From: a virus
Taxonomy: Duplodnaviria; Caudoviricetes
Length of the DNA stretch: 64,000 nt
Virus record (IMG/VR): IMGVR_UViG_3300002171_000008
Span: 272 to 64,271 of that record
Direction: 5' to 3' (one strand)
The position numbers were made by a program, and so were the translations under genes. Of the stretch, positions 46,083 through 55,857 are shown piece by piece. How positions within the stretch are numbered: the stretch's first letter is position 1; every line of letters starts with the position of its first letter. The notes under the pieces are model-generated. The model saw only the letters and a list, made by a program, of their open reading frames with translations. It did no database searches and had not been told where the DNA came from.

Positions 46083-46578
46083 TGCTTATCACCTCTAATC
46101 TAAATTGGTGCCATTCATTGTCCGACAGTGAGCCGAAATGAAACGCGGCGTGTTTCCTCTGATTGGGAAATACTACCAAATTCGACACAGTGTTATTCTT
46201 TTTGTTACCATCTATATGATGAACCGTTTCGCCTCGCTTTAATTTTCTGCCTAATACTTTCTCAGCAACTATTCTATGTTCATGGATTGCCCCGATCTTT
46301 CTATATGTATTAGGATTTACAGATTCTTTGCGCCACGCGAAATAACACGGTATAGAGCAGAATGAATGAATCTTTTCGCCCATGTCCTGCTCCGCGAAGT
46401 GCCGATAAAACACTTTATGGCATTGTTCGCACTCTATTTCAGATCCATGTTTCTGAGACTCTGTTAAGCATTTCCGAGAGCAGTAAGTCTTTCCTTTCTT
46501 TATTTGGCATTGCAACCTATAGAAAGTCTTGTTGCATATCGGGCAAACCAAAGCAAGCCGTTCTTTTTTAGGTGGCAT
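46072..46578 (-). CDS. HNH endonuclease with CxxC...YCS modules
   Basis: HEHRIVAE...VHHIDGNKKNN..SNL. Confidence 0.85.
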   Translation of the reverse strand: MPPKKERLALVCPICNKTFYRLQCQIKKGKTYCSRKCLTESQKHGSEIECEQCHKVFYRHFAEQDMGEKIHSFCSIPCYFAWRKESVNPNTYRKIGAIHEHRIVAEKVLGRKLKRGETVHHIDGNKKNNTVSNLVVFPNQRKHAAFHFGSLSDNEWHQFRLEVISNGL

Positions 46579-46754
46579 TTTTATCCTCTACCAGAAGCTT
46601 AACATTTTTCCGGCAACTTGGACAGCTTACATAGGCTGGTATGCCTTCGACTGATTTCTTTTCTCCAGAATAATCCCATTCCCATTTGCATCTTGGACAT
46701 ATCACGGCTTATCACCAATAAGTAATAGTCAGTAATAGTATTTATAGGTTTCCC

Positions 46755-47582
46755 TTATACAAAATGGTCTAGCCTGGTAGGCATTTCCGCTATCCGTTTC
46801 CTGGCTATTTCGCAGTATTTCGCTTCCTTCTCGATCCCTATAAAATGCCTTCCAGTGTTCCGGGCCGCTATGGCCGTTGTGCCTGAGCCGATGCAGTTAT
46901 CCAAGATCAGATCGCCTTCGTTTGTGTAAGTCTTGATGAGATATTCAAAGAGAGCTACAGGCTTTTGAGTGGGATGAGAATTTTTATTATCCACATTAGG
47001 AAACATCAAAACCGATTGAGGGTAATTGGTTGCTTCTTGGATGAAATCTTTCTTTCTGGATGGTCGCATTCCATAAAGTTCTGAAGCCTTCTTATCACGG
47101 TTTGGCCTATGTGTCATTTTGCCAAACGGTATAAGTCCTTGTGGAAAGTAATTCATTCTATTATCGGTGCATGATGGATGATTGATAGATCCTTGTGAAA
47201 AGACCAATACGTTTTCATGTGCTTTGAGAGGCGCGTTTTTGGCATGAAATAAACCGGATGGTCTGGTCTTGGTCCATATCCATTCGTACTTAAACATCTC
47301 GATATTTCCCATAATCAAGATGGTAGTGAACGGTTGACTTGCGGTTAATACTATGCTTCCAGTTGATCTAATTAGCCTTTTATATTCATCCCAAAGAGGT
47401 TTAAGAGGGATAACAGCATCCCATTTGCATTCTGTTGTACCATAAGGCAAATCACATAAAATCATATCTATACTTTTATCAGGTATAGACGGCATGATTT
47501 CTAAGCAATCGCCTTTTATTATGGTGTCGATCATAACATCTTCTCCGATATAAAGAATAAAATAATTAAAAATAATACCCAA
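46755..47582 (-). CDS. Beta-class DNA adenine methyltransferase
   Basis: CDLPYG, HPTQKP, LDNCIGSGTT. Confidence 0.9.
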   Translation of the reverse strand: MGIIFNYFILYIGEDVMIDTIIKGDCLEIMPSIPDKSIDMILCDLPYGTTECKWDAVIPLKPLWDEYKRLIRSTGSIVLTASQPFTTILIMGNIEMFKYEWIWTKTRPSGLFHAKNAPLKAHENVLVFSQGSINHPSCTDNRMNYFPQGLIPFGKMTHRPNRDKKASELYGMRPSRKKDFIQEATNYPQSVLMFPNVDNKNSHPTQKPVALFEYLIKTYTNEGDLILDNCIGSGTTAIAARNTGRHFIGIEKEAKYCEIARKRIAEMPTRLDHFV

Positions 47583-47613
47583 GCCGATACCAAACCGATC
47601 AAATTTGGAGATA

Positions 47614-47805
47614 TCACAGAAAGTATCTCCTGCAAAACTCTTTTAATTCGCCTTTGCAATTTCCTACTTCCATTTCGCGGTCTCCATCAAAGTTTTCACA
47701 ATCAATGCATCCTAGGTGATCGATGTCTTTATATTCTAGGATCTTTGTGATTGTGCCTTCTATGTGGACTCTATCGACTTTCATAACTCTTCCGCCTTCC
47801 TGCAA
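47614..47805 (-). CDS. Small hypothetical protein
   Basis: ORF track. Confidence 0.45.
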   Translation of the reverse strand: MQEGGRVMKVDRVHIEGTITKILEYKDIDHLGCIDCENFDGDREMEVGNCKGELKEFCRRYFL

Positions 47806-48107
47806 TTGCCTTTCGCCTTCTCTATAGGATACCTGACAGCATTATCAGCTATCTTGGCCCATGCCGCCTTTACCAAATCTATCCCCATGACATCGGCCAT
47901 CATGATTAGGTAGATTAGGACATCGGCCATTTCAGCCTTGACCTTATCGCGATCGGTTGCCACACAATCCCACTGGAAACACTCCAGTAACTCGCCTGCT
48001 TCGATGGCTATAGACTTGGATAGGTTTTCCGGGGTATGATAGCCTTCCCAATCACGAGCAGCTACGAAGCCTCGTAGGTAGTTGGTTAGATCCTGAATTT
48101 CTGTCAT
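47781..48107 (-). CDS. mazG: MazG-like nucleotide pyrophosphohydrolase
   Basis: RDWEGYHTPENL...EAGELLECFQW...EMADV. Confidence 0.88.
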   Translation of the reverse strand: MTEIQDLTNYLRGFVAARDWEGYHTPENLSKSIAIEAGELLECFQWDCVATDRDKVKAEMADVLIYLIMMADVMGIDLVKAAWAKIADNAVRYPIEKAKGNCRKAEEL

Positions 48108-48397
48108 TTACTCTTCCTCACATTCATGGCTATCTACATAATCATTTAGGGCCATGTCCTCGCTGGCAAACGGGCCGTTGGATTCGTCTATCGTTTCCCA
48201 ATACCAGCCGTCGGTTAACTCGTAGGTTTTTGGAATTGCATTCATTGGCATATCTCCTCAATTTCATGCCAGACGGATTCACCTGCATATCGGGCCATGT
48301 AATGGCCAAAATCGCCCCTCTTCACCAAATCGATCACGATTGTCCTGTCATTGCAGGTTAATGTTCTGGCTTGGGATATCATAGCCTACCCTTTATT

Positions 48398-48463
48398 ATG
48401 ATAGGTAATAAAGCTTTCGATTGGTATGAGCAAAAGCTTGATATAGAATGGCTTACCTATCAT
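48398..48463. promoter_or_regulatory. Divergent promoter region with perfect 11-bp inverted repeat
   Basis: ATGATAGGTAA at 48398 and TTACCTATCAT at 48453 flank AAAAGCTTGATATAG. Confidence 0.55.
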
Positions 48464-48468
48464 CGCGT

Positions 48469-48609
48469 ATGATCGAAAAACAAACATGCATGAAATGTGG
48501 TTGGGTCTGGCTGCCGCGAGTGGACTGGCTACCAGCCATGTGTCCGAAATGCAAGAGTAGATATTGGAATGTGGAGAAGAAGGATGCTACCAGAGATCCG
48601 GTAGCATGA
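48469..48609 (+). CDS. Small Zn-finger protein (CxxCGxxWxPR...CPxCKSxYW family)
   Basis: Hand translation, 46 aa. Confidence 0.7.
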   Translation: MIEKQTCMKCGWVWLPRVDWLPAMCPKCKSRYWNVEKKDATRDPVA

Positions 48610-48767
48610 AGGTGTCATAGATGGATCGCAAGAAGAAGGCCAATCGGAAATGTGGCAAGGTGGGTTGCTTGACTGATCCGGCGATGTGTAAGCCCTGGAT
48701 GTGCCCGGATTATGTGAGGCGGTCTAAATGAGGAAACCGGCGAAAGATCGCGATGAGAATCTAAACG

Positions 48768-49313
48768 ATGCTCCATATTGTGACGGAAGATGTGAGGTAT
48801 GCGATAAATCATGGGGTGACGATGTTATCTCAGATTGATCGTTTCCGGGTATTCGCGCAAGAATCGTTTACCTGTCATAAGTGCGGTATATGTTGCTTGG
48901 ATAGTGACCCTATAACAATATATGAAGCAGACATCAAGGATTTAATGAAATTCTTCAAGCTTCCCAGATCAAAGGTTGTTAAAAAATATCTATCACCACA
49001 TGACGGAGTATACAAGTTGAAACATGTGAACCCATGCAAGTTCTTGGATACCACAACAAACCGGTGCAAAATATACGAAGCAAGACCGATCGCGTGTAAG
49101 ATATACCCGTTCCTATCGTCGGAAGGCATAGAAAACAAAACATGTGGATATACCGACTGCCCAGGATCGGTCGAATTTGTTAATTTCAGCAACCAGGATC
49201 GCGAAACACAAGCAATGCTAACAGCGTTTACGTTGCTGCCTGTGGAAATGCAAGAACGGTTTGATACGGGCATAGTCAAAAAGATGCGGTCGTATTTCAA
49301 GGGAGAAATTTAG
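48768..49313 (+). CDS. YkgJ-family Cys-cluster (Zn/Fe-chelating) protein
   Basis: CHKCGICC...CKFL...CKIY..RP..C..YPF. Confidence 0.8.
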   Translation: MLHIVTEDVRYAINHGVTMLSQIDRFRVFAQESFTCHKCGICCLDSDPITIYEADIKDLMKFFKLPRSKVVKKYLSPHDGVYKLKHVNPCKFLDTTTNRCKIYEARPIACKIYPFLSSEGIENKTCGYTDCPGSVEFVNFSNQDRETQAMLTAFTLLPVEMQERFDTGIVKKMRSYFKGEI

Positions 49314-52142
49314 ATGCTCTCGGCACCTTATCGCAATAATGCATTTAAATTTATTAAGGTCCGAAAAAACGATAAGAAAGCATTGGAGGAAGACTGGCAA
49401 AATGGCTCCGCATATCAATTCGATGATCCAAAATTGCTTGATTGGATTACAAGAGGCGGAAACGTTGGCATCCGAGGTGGAGACGGTGGAGTTCTAATAT
49501 TGGACATTGACGCGGTTGACATGGTGCTCGATAAGGAAATGATCTTTCCGGACTCGACTACATGGGAAACCAGACCCGGAAGGCAGCAACGACTCTACAT
49601 ATGCGATGATTGGAAACCAGAAATATTAGAAAAGTATGTCGGTAAAGACAAAGACCAGATCAAGTTTTATGATTCGGAAAAAACCGATGATAAGGGACAT
49701 TATATTCATCTAGGAGAAATCCAAGGAGCGCGCCACTATGGGGTAATTCCACCTTCTATTAAAACGGTGGATGGCCAAAAACGGGCCTACAAGATGCTCA
49801 ATGAATCCGATCCGGTGAAAATCTCACTTGAATGGCTACTTGAAACTTTGGTGGCGCATGGTTGCCGGTTTTCAGATCGCGATAAGACCAGATTAGAAAA
49901 GAATGCCGAAAGGCTAGAAACCGTTGTGGCGGAAAACAAAAAAAACAGAGTAATCTACGATGGTCGCGAAGAATCGAAGCGAAAATATGCCAGAAAGGCA
50001 TTCATAGAAGAGCTGGAAATAATCAGATGCACCTCAGAAGGCAGCCGAAACGACCAGCTTAATACATCCGCTCTGAAAATTGGCTCCCTGGTAGGATCCG
50101 GTTATATCAGCAGATTTGAAGCTGAAAGGGAACTTATGAGGGTAGCCCGGAATATCGGACTGACTGAAGAAGAAAGCCAACGGACCATAGAGAGCGGTTT
50201 GGGCGCCGGACTGAAGGCACCTCGGGTTATACCAGAACTAGATGATTATATTTCAGTTAAATCCGAAGATAAAACCCCACCATTACTGATCGAAACCGAA
50301 GCTCCTAAACGAGAGGCAATTGCAAATTTGCTGGTCAAGCTAGCCAAAAAAAACAGCTTTGAAATCTGGCACACCCCCAACGGCACCGGATACATAACAG
50401 TGTTAATTAATTCTCACAAGGAGCACTACAAGCTATCTTCTAAGTCGGCTCGGATGTGGTTGGGTAAATTGGGGCATGAATTGTTAGATAAAACGGTCGG
50501 TGTTTCTGCTATCAAGGATGCTATTAATGTTCTGGAAAGCATGGCGGTTTACGATGGTAAAGAGTATCAGTTTCATGTCAGAAAGGCAGAACACGATGGA
50601 AAAATTTACATAGATTTAGGAGATGCTTCTTGGAATATTATAGAAGTTTCAAAAGAAGGCTGGAAGGTAATAAAAGATTGCCCTATCAGATTTCGCAGAG
50701 CGGGCAATTCTCTTCCCCTCCCATTGCCCGAACGCGGCGGCTCAATAGAAGACCTACGACCGCTTATTAATGCATCCAGCGATGATAATTGGGTACTCAT
50801 CAAGGCATGGATCACGCAGGCGTTTTGGTGTCGCGGTCCATTTGCGCATATGTATTTCAGGGGAACACAGGGCACCGCGAAGTCCTATATGATGGCTTGC
50901 TTAAAGGCAATTTCTGACCCCAGCGCGGCAATCAAGAGGCGTGTTCCGAAAAGTGAGCGAGATGTGGCCATAGCGTTGGGCTCTGAGGCCATACCATGCT
51001 TCGATAATATGAGTGGAATTTTAGATCATATCGCGGATTTGTTTTGCGTGGCAAGCACGGGCGGCGTGTCTACGCAGAGAGCACTTTTCACCGATGACGA
51101 AGAAGCAATTATACCCATACATTGCCCCATAATTTATAACGGAATAGATGATTTGGGGCAGCGTGGGGATCTGTTGGATCGGACAATGGTAATCGATTTA
51201 GAGCCCATTCCGGAAACAGAACGCAGATCAGAGAAGGAAATCGAAAAGGAGTTAGCAGAAAGGAAGGCTTCGATTTTCGGGGCTTTATTAGATCTTACCG
51301 TTCGGGGGATCAATGAAATAGACTCCGTTTGCTTATCTGACCTCCCGAGGATGGCCGATTTTGCAGAATGGGCGTATGCGTGTCTCGGAGACGACGGCGA
51401 AGAGTTTTTGAGAGTGTATCTCGGATCGCGAAACGACACAAAATACGACTTGGTGGAGGGCAACAAATTTCCGAAGGCCATATATCAGCTAGCGGTGGAC
51501 AACGCACCGGACGAGTGGAAAGGACCGGCGTCGGAATTGTTAACAGTATTAAATACCAGAGAACATATATTAAATGGCTATGAGCCCATGAATTGGCCGA
51601 AGGTTCCCGAAAAGGTAGGATCGGAGCTAAGGAGATTCACCCCAGCACTGACGGCTCTTAATGTGGAAGTTTCATATTCTAGGAGTGGAAAAGAAGGCAG
51701 AAAAATTTCAATAAGACTGAAAAAGGAAGCTGACACCCTGACACCAACCGACACCCTAAAAACCGATAACAAGAGACAGGTGACAGCTGGTGACAGCTCT
51801 TTTAGTATAGTTGAGTATAAAGATGTAGAAGGTAAGCAGACACCAAAAGAAGACGAAAAAATAGAAGAAAATATTGTAAAGAAGGGCAAAGTAGCTGTCA
51901 CTGCTGACACCAAGCCTACTGACGACGATTCGACTGACATTTTACCTGTCATGGCTGGCACTTTACCTGACACCAGTGATAGAATCCGTCTCGCTGCCAG
52001 AATGGAATATGGCATGAACGGCCAAGTAGACGCTCGTATCGTGGCTGTCAAACTATCGCTATCTGTGGATGTTGTAGTCGCCTGGTTGGAAGCCAATTAT
52101 CTGAAAACCAGGGAGTTTGTGTATACCCAAAAGAGGACATAA
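49314..52142 (+). CDS. Bifunctional primase-polymerase (AEP) with PriCT and P-loop ATPase/helicase domains
   Basis: GNVGI...LILDID, GVIPPS, EGSRND, GTQGTAKS Walker A. Confidence 0.8.
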   Translation: MLSAPYRNNAFKFIKVRKNDKKALEEDWQNGSAYQFDDPKLLDWITRGGNVGIRGGDGGVLILDIDAVDMVLDKEMIFPDSTTWETRPGRQQRLYICDDWKPEILEKYVGKDKDQIKFYDSEKTDDKGHYIHLGEIQGARHYGVIPPSIKTVDGQKRAYKMLNESDPVKISLEWLLETLVAHGCRFSDRDKTRLEKNAERLETVVAENKKNRVIYDGREESKRKYARKAFIEELEIIRCTSEGSRNDQLNTSALKIGSLVGSGYISRFEAERELMRVARNIGLTEEESQRTIESGLGAGLKAPRVIPELDDYISVKSEDKTPPLLIETEAPKREAIANLLVKLAKKNSFEIWHTPNGTGYITVLINSHKEHYKLSSKSARMWLGKLGHELLDKTVGVSAIKDAINVLESMAVYDGKEYQFHVRKAEHDGKIYIDLGDASWNIIEVSKEGWKVIKDCPIRFRRAGNSLPLPLPERGGSIEDLRPLINASSDDNWVLIKAWITQAFWCRGPFAHMYFRGTQGTAKSYMMACLKAISDPSAAIKRRVPKSERDVAIALGSEAIPCFDNMSGILDHIADLFCVASTGGVSTQRALFTDDEEAIIPIHCPIIYNGIDDLGQRGDLLDRTMVIDLEPIPETERRSEKEIEKELAERKASIFGALLDLTVRGINEIDSVCLSDLPRMADFAEWAYACLGDDGEEFLRVYLGSRNDTKYDLVEGNKFPKAIYQLAVDNAPDEWKGPASELLTVLNTREHILNGYEPMNWPKVPEKVGSELRRFTPALTALNVEVSYSRSGKEGRKISIRLKKEADTLTPTDTLKTDNKRQVTAGDSSFSIVEYKDVEGKQTPKEDEKIEENIVKKGKVAVTADTKPTDDDSTDILPVMAGTLPDTSDRIRLAARMEYGMNGQVDARIVAVKLSLSVDVVVAWLEANYLKTREFVYTQKRT
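51731..51974. repeat. Iteron-like TGACA(C/G)C repeats, candidate replication origin
   Basis: GACACC at six sites, tandem GGTGACAGCT x2, inverted AGCTGTCAC, around an A-rich tract. Confidence 0.45.
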
Positions 52143-52193
52143 ATATCTGTGATCATATATAAACATGCAGCGGCCAAATTAAAAAAAATTGAC

Positions 52194-52211
52194 ATGACAT
52201 ATAAATGTCAT
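52194..52211. promoter_or_regulatory. Palindromic operator overlapping a TATA-like element
   Basis: ATGACAT-ATAA-ATGTCAT. Confidence 0.5.
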
Positions 52212-52265
52212 ATGTAAACCTTGGCTAACTGAGTTAGGTTTACAATAAGAAGGAGATATATACAA

Positions 52266-52496
52266 TTGCACCATCTAATAAAAGGAGGCCACATGGCACA
52301 AATCAATGAATTGCATGTTGCTCGAAATTTCAGGCTATTAATGTCCCTGATCCCGGAAACCAAATACCGCAAATGGCATCGCGAATACCAGATACCAACA
52401 AGCAAACGAGCCTGCTATCTGAAAGAAGCTAGGGCGATCTTGGATGGAAAGGACGCTAGGTTTAAGAATCGGTGTAACTATTTGGTAGGTGATTAG
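52266..52496 (+). CDS. Hypothetical protein (likely start ATG 52293)
   Basis: GGAGG SD. Confidence 0.5.
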   Translation: MHHLIKGGHMAQINELHVARNFRLLMSLIPETKYRKWHREYQIPTSKRACYLKEARAILDGKDARFKNRCNYLVGD

Positions 52497-52531
52497 ATAA
52501 CCTTATATAGCATTAGATACTAGTAGTATCT

Positions 52532-52774
52532 ATGGCAAAAATCACTGAGTCCCAGCGTGAAATAAACGCGGCAGAATCTTTCTTGTTCAATGTATTGGTT
52601 GAGTCGGCAACGGTGTATATCCAGGGCGAAGAAAGGGCAATCGAGCAGACTACTGACCGGGCAATGGAATTCGTCAAACAGATGAAGATTAAGAATCCAA
52701 AGTTGTCCAGAGAAGAAATCAAAAGCATGGCAGTTAGAATGGTTGAGCAGAATCGCCATAGAATTTATAAATAG
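52532..52774 (+). CDS. Hypothetical protein
   Basis: ORF track. Confidence 0.5.
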   Translation: MAKITESQREINAAESFLFNVLVESATVYIQGEERAIEQTTDRAMEFVKQMKIKNPKLSREEIKSMAVRMVEQNRHRIYK

Positions 52775-52782
52775 GTGGCAAC

Positions 52783-52911
52783 ATGCGAAAAGTTGTTAGA
52801 TCAATCGCGATCCGGCCAGACCAAGATATCTGGTTAAAATCGCATAAAGAACTCAATTTTTCGGCATTTGTTCAAAAGTTGCTAGATGACGAAATTGGGA
52901 GGCGAAAATGA
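52783..52911 (+). CDS. Small RHH-like regulator
   Basis: Hand translation MRKVVRSIAIRPDQDIWL...NFSAFVQKLLDDEI. Confidence 0.6.
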   Translation: MRKVVRSIAIRPDQDIWLKSHKELNFSAFVQKLLDDEIGRRK

Positions 52912-53108
52912 ATATCTCTAAGTTGGAATCCGAGATTTCGCGCATGATCGCGAAAGGATGGGACAACCCACAACACGAATCCCATTTCTGGTATGTCCGA
53001 GCCATCCGCGCAATGGGTGCCATGAAAGCCCGTCAAGTGCACTAAAATCAATCTTCTTTTTTCGCCCAACCTAGTTGGTAAAAATGATTTTATGCCCATA
53101 TTAGGGTA

Positions 53109-53297
53109 CTACAGGCAATCCTGGTGGCATCTGGTATGTACCTCGTCTATTCTAGCTTCAAGCCCGATCAATCGTTTGTGGTCTAGATCTGCCTGCATAC
53201 AGGCAACGCTGCAATAAGCCTCGCTATCTTCCCCCACCAACCGGGCACAATCGTAAATCGTGCGGCACCAACTACAGTAATATTGATCGTTACTCAA
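53109..53297 (-). CDS. Small Zn-finger protein
   Basis: CSWC...YCSVAC. Confidence 0.5.
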   Translation of the reverse strand: MSNDQYYCSWCRTIYDCARLVGEDSEAYCSVACMQADLDHKRLIGLEARIDEVHTRCHQDCL

Positions 53298-53454
53298 CTA
53301 GCTCCCTCCCAAAACCATTTCCAATAATCTAAATACTTCAATTCCGGATCATCAATTCCCAGAATCATAGCACACCCGGGCTGAACTTCCTCCCACATGG
53401 CCCGGCCTTCCAGATAGCTATATTCGTCTCGATATAGCTTAAGCAGAATTTCTT

Positions 53455-53673
53455 TCATGTATATTCCTCCTTCTCATACGCTCTGATAATTAGCCACGGC
53501 CCATACACGTCTGCCTCACCGCGAATCCATATAACTTCTTCCACATATCCATTAATTCCGTTTCCGTGCTCATCTGGCTGGATTAGGTCGCCTTTATGTG
53601 GCATTTCTGCGAACTCAATGCTACAATTGGTTGGCATTTTGCCACGTATTTTAATTCGGCATGGGATTAGCAT
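53455..53673 (-). CDS. Hypothetical protein
   Basis: ORF track. Confidence 0.5.
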   Translation of the reverse strand: MLIPCRIKIRGKMPTNCSIEFAEMPHKGDLIQPDEHGNGINGYVEEVIWIRGEADVYGPWLIIRAYEKEEYT

Positions 53674-54353
53674 GTTGGCTCCTCGCGGATCTTGGTTAGT
53701 GCATCTTGCAGCACTTTCAATCTCTCGTTGGCCTTCTGGCTGCCCAACATGTAGGCGATGGTTAGATCATCATCTTCGGAGAGTTGCAGGTTAAGCTCTT
53801 TGGCCGCCTCCGATCGCCAATGATCCTTGTTGGGGCAGCATTCCCACATGTGCGGGAAGCCATCACATGAGGCTCGCATGATGTCGCACCATTCGTATTT
53901 TGTGCGGAAATCACACGGGCCGTCCATTTGCTTGGCTCTTTCTTCTATCGCAATCTCTCGCCATCTGGCAAGCTCGCCTTCAGCTTTCCAGCATCTATCT
54001 CTGAGCTGGTTGCAGTTGGCCATTAGATCGATCTTGTCTCTGGCATGATCCCTGATTAAAATTGCATATCGACCCTTCAAATTGTCAACATATTTCAATG
54101 TCGCTTGAAGGCTTTCAATTTCGGCGTCCTTGGCGGCAAGCTGCCTTTCAGCCAACCCCGTTCTCAGCACCCACTCGCTTGCGGTTAGTCCTTCTTTCGT
54201 CTTGACTCCGAGAATGGCATGACGTTCATCTCGGAGGCGTTTGATCTCCGCCACCGATCTATCTACCGCGTCAGCTTCATTGTCCCATCCTTCGCCTCGT
54301 AGACAATCGATGGCGTCCTCTATGAGATCGTCGCTCATTTCTTCTCCTCCCAT
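53667..54353 (-). CDS. Coiled-coil/Cys-rich modular protein
   Basis: ORF track. Confidence 0.6.
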   Translation of the reverse strand: MGGEEMSDDLIEDAIDCLRGEGWDNEADAVDRSVAEIKRLRDERHAILGVKTKEGLTASEWVLRTGLAERQLAAKDAEIESLQATLKYVDNLKGRYAILIRDHARDKIDLMANCNQLRDRCWKAEGELARWREIAIEERAKQMDGPCDFRTKYEWCDIMRASCDGFPHMWECCPNKDHWRSEAAKELNLQLSEDDDLTIAYMLGSQKANERLKVLQDALTKIREEPTC

Positions 54354-54544
54354 GCAATTTCAGGATATTCCCGGGCCAATTGGGATGTCGCCATCTTTAG
54401 CAGCGATGCGTTAACCTTGTCTTTCCAATTCTCCTCCAAAAACGACTCAGCACATTCTTTGATGCATATCGCTTTCAATGTGGCAATCTGCTCACGTAAC
54501 TTTGCGAATTCTTCATCGCACTGGTCACAGTCAGCACGGCTCAT
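54335..54544 (-). CDS. Modular hypothetical protein
   Basis: ORF track. Confidence 0.55.
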   Translation of the reverse strand: MSRADCDQCDEEFAKLREQIATLKAICIKECAESFLEENWKDKVNASLLKMATSQLAREYPEIAWEEKK

Positions 54545-55173
54545 AACTTCCCCTCCTGGTGCAGTTGCTCGCGAGCGATTTCATGTAGCTCTATGCGAAT
54601 TGGGCATCCGCCTTCCCGATACTCGCATGGGCCATCCAGTTCCACGCAGAAGGGTTCCTCGTCGATGTCCCAATGCGGGCATTGATTTTCGATCCAGTCT
54701 GAAAATTCTCCAGCTATGCGCTCTTCCACCAGCGCCTTGCCCCGCTTGCGCTTCGCTTCGCCGAGCTTCTTGAGGGCGGCATGCTGCTTGACCTCGTTGA
54801 GCAGCTTGATTATCGCGATCTCCTCGCGATCTATGAGGAATTGCCGGGCCTCTTGCCATGCGTCAAAATAATTGTAGCCGATATCGGTTCGCTTAGTGTC
54901 GCGTCTTTCGAATGTATCTTCGTTATACATGTTTTTTTCTTTGATGATTACAAATTTCGCGGTCTCGCGAATTACCTCAACTTCTTCTATCCTGGTATCG
55001 TACCAGGTACGAAATTTCTTCATGTATGTAGCTCCTCGATTGTCATAATGCCCCAACCGTACTCTTTTCTTGTCCCTTCTTTGGAAAAGAGCCTTCCATC
55101 GTTCAATCGGATCTTTCCAGTCTTTGTTATCTTTTTCACGGTAAAAATCGCATTGTTTCTTGTGCTCATCCAT
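54541..55173 (-). CDS. Modular hypothetical protein
   Basis: ORF track. Confidence 0.6.
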   Translation of the reverse strand: MDEHKKQCDFYREKDNKDWKDPIERWKALFQRRDKKRVRLGHYDNRGATYMKKFRTWYDTRIEEVEVIRETAKFVIIKEKNMYNEDTFERRDTKRTDIGYNYFDAWQEARQFLIDREEIAIIKLLNEVKQHAALKKLGEAKRKRGKALVEERIAGEFSDWIENQCPHWDIDEEPFCVELDGPCEYREGGCPIRIELHEIAREQLHQEGKL

Positions 55174-55204
55174 GATGTCTTTTGGATGACTTTATCTCCT
55201 TCTT

Positions 55205-55342
55205 TCATGCTTTCTGCTCCTTTCTAATTTCCACTGTCAGGAGATCTCCTTTTTTCAGATCCAGCTTAATACGCGCACTCGCGGGAATCCTGATCGCGAG
55301 GTTCGCGTTTATGGTGGCTGGAAACTCACATTTATTAGCCAT
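55205..55342 (-). CDS. AbrB/SpoVT-type DNA-binding protein
   Basis: Hand translation ...AIRIPASARIKLDLKKGDLLTVEI. Confidence 0.7.
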   Translation of the reverse strand: MANKCEFPATINANLAIRIPASARIKLDLKKGDLLTVEIRKEQKA

Positions 55343-55356
55343 GATAGGTGGTTATG

Positions 55357-55420
55357 ATTTATAAGCTTAAATAGTTTGTGGTAATCATCTTGGTTGCGTG
55401 GCGTAAACTTTATATACCCA
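55357..55420. promoter_or_regulatory. Divergent early promoter region
   Basis: TTTATAAGCTTAAATAGT and AAACTTTATATA between oppositely oriented gene blocks. Confidence 0.55.
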
Positions 55421-55857
55421 CAAAACAAGGGTGTATGTGCTGAGATGTGAGATCTCAGCTTATGATTACATGGAGGATACGAAAAATGAGGACTATACAG
55501 ACGAGGGACTTAGAAACCACATTCGTCGACATCGCGGTTAGATCGCATACAGAGAAAGGTCTTTCGCCTAAAGAGCGATTGGATAGATTCTGGGTGGTGG
55601 CCTAAGCATGTCTGACCTCCCCCCCAACATCAGGAAGAACCTCGACTTCTTCCTAGACCATGAGCCAGAGGACCCAGATCGATATGGCCCGCTCATATTG
55701 GCGCTGTCCGAGCGGTGGGGTATATGAGCCCCATTTTGGCTCTCCGACATGCACTATGCAGCGCATTGGCCGAGGTATCCGATCCATCTATCCGTGCTCG
55801 GATACCAGCTCTGATAGCAGAATGCGATGAGGTGTTATATCATGCGGAGAAGGTCGC

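Noticed and set aside
46072-46578. HNH as an intron or intein splitting the helicase-MTase gene
   Set aside because: The helicase-MTase N-terminus with its own SD begins downstream of the HNH; the break is a deletion, not an insertion.
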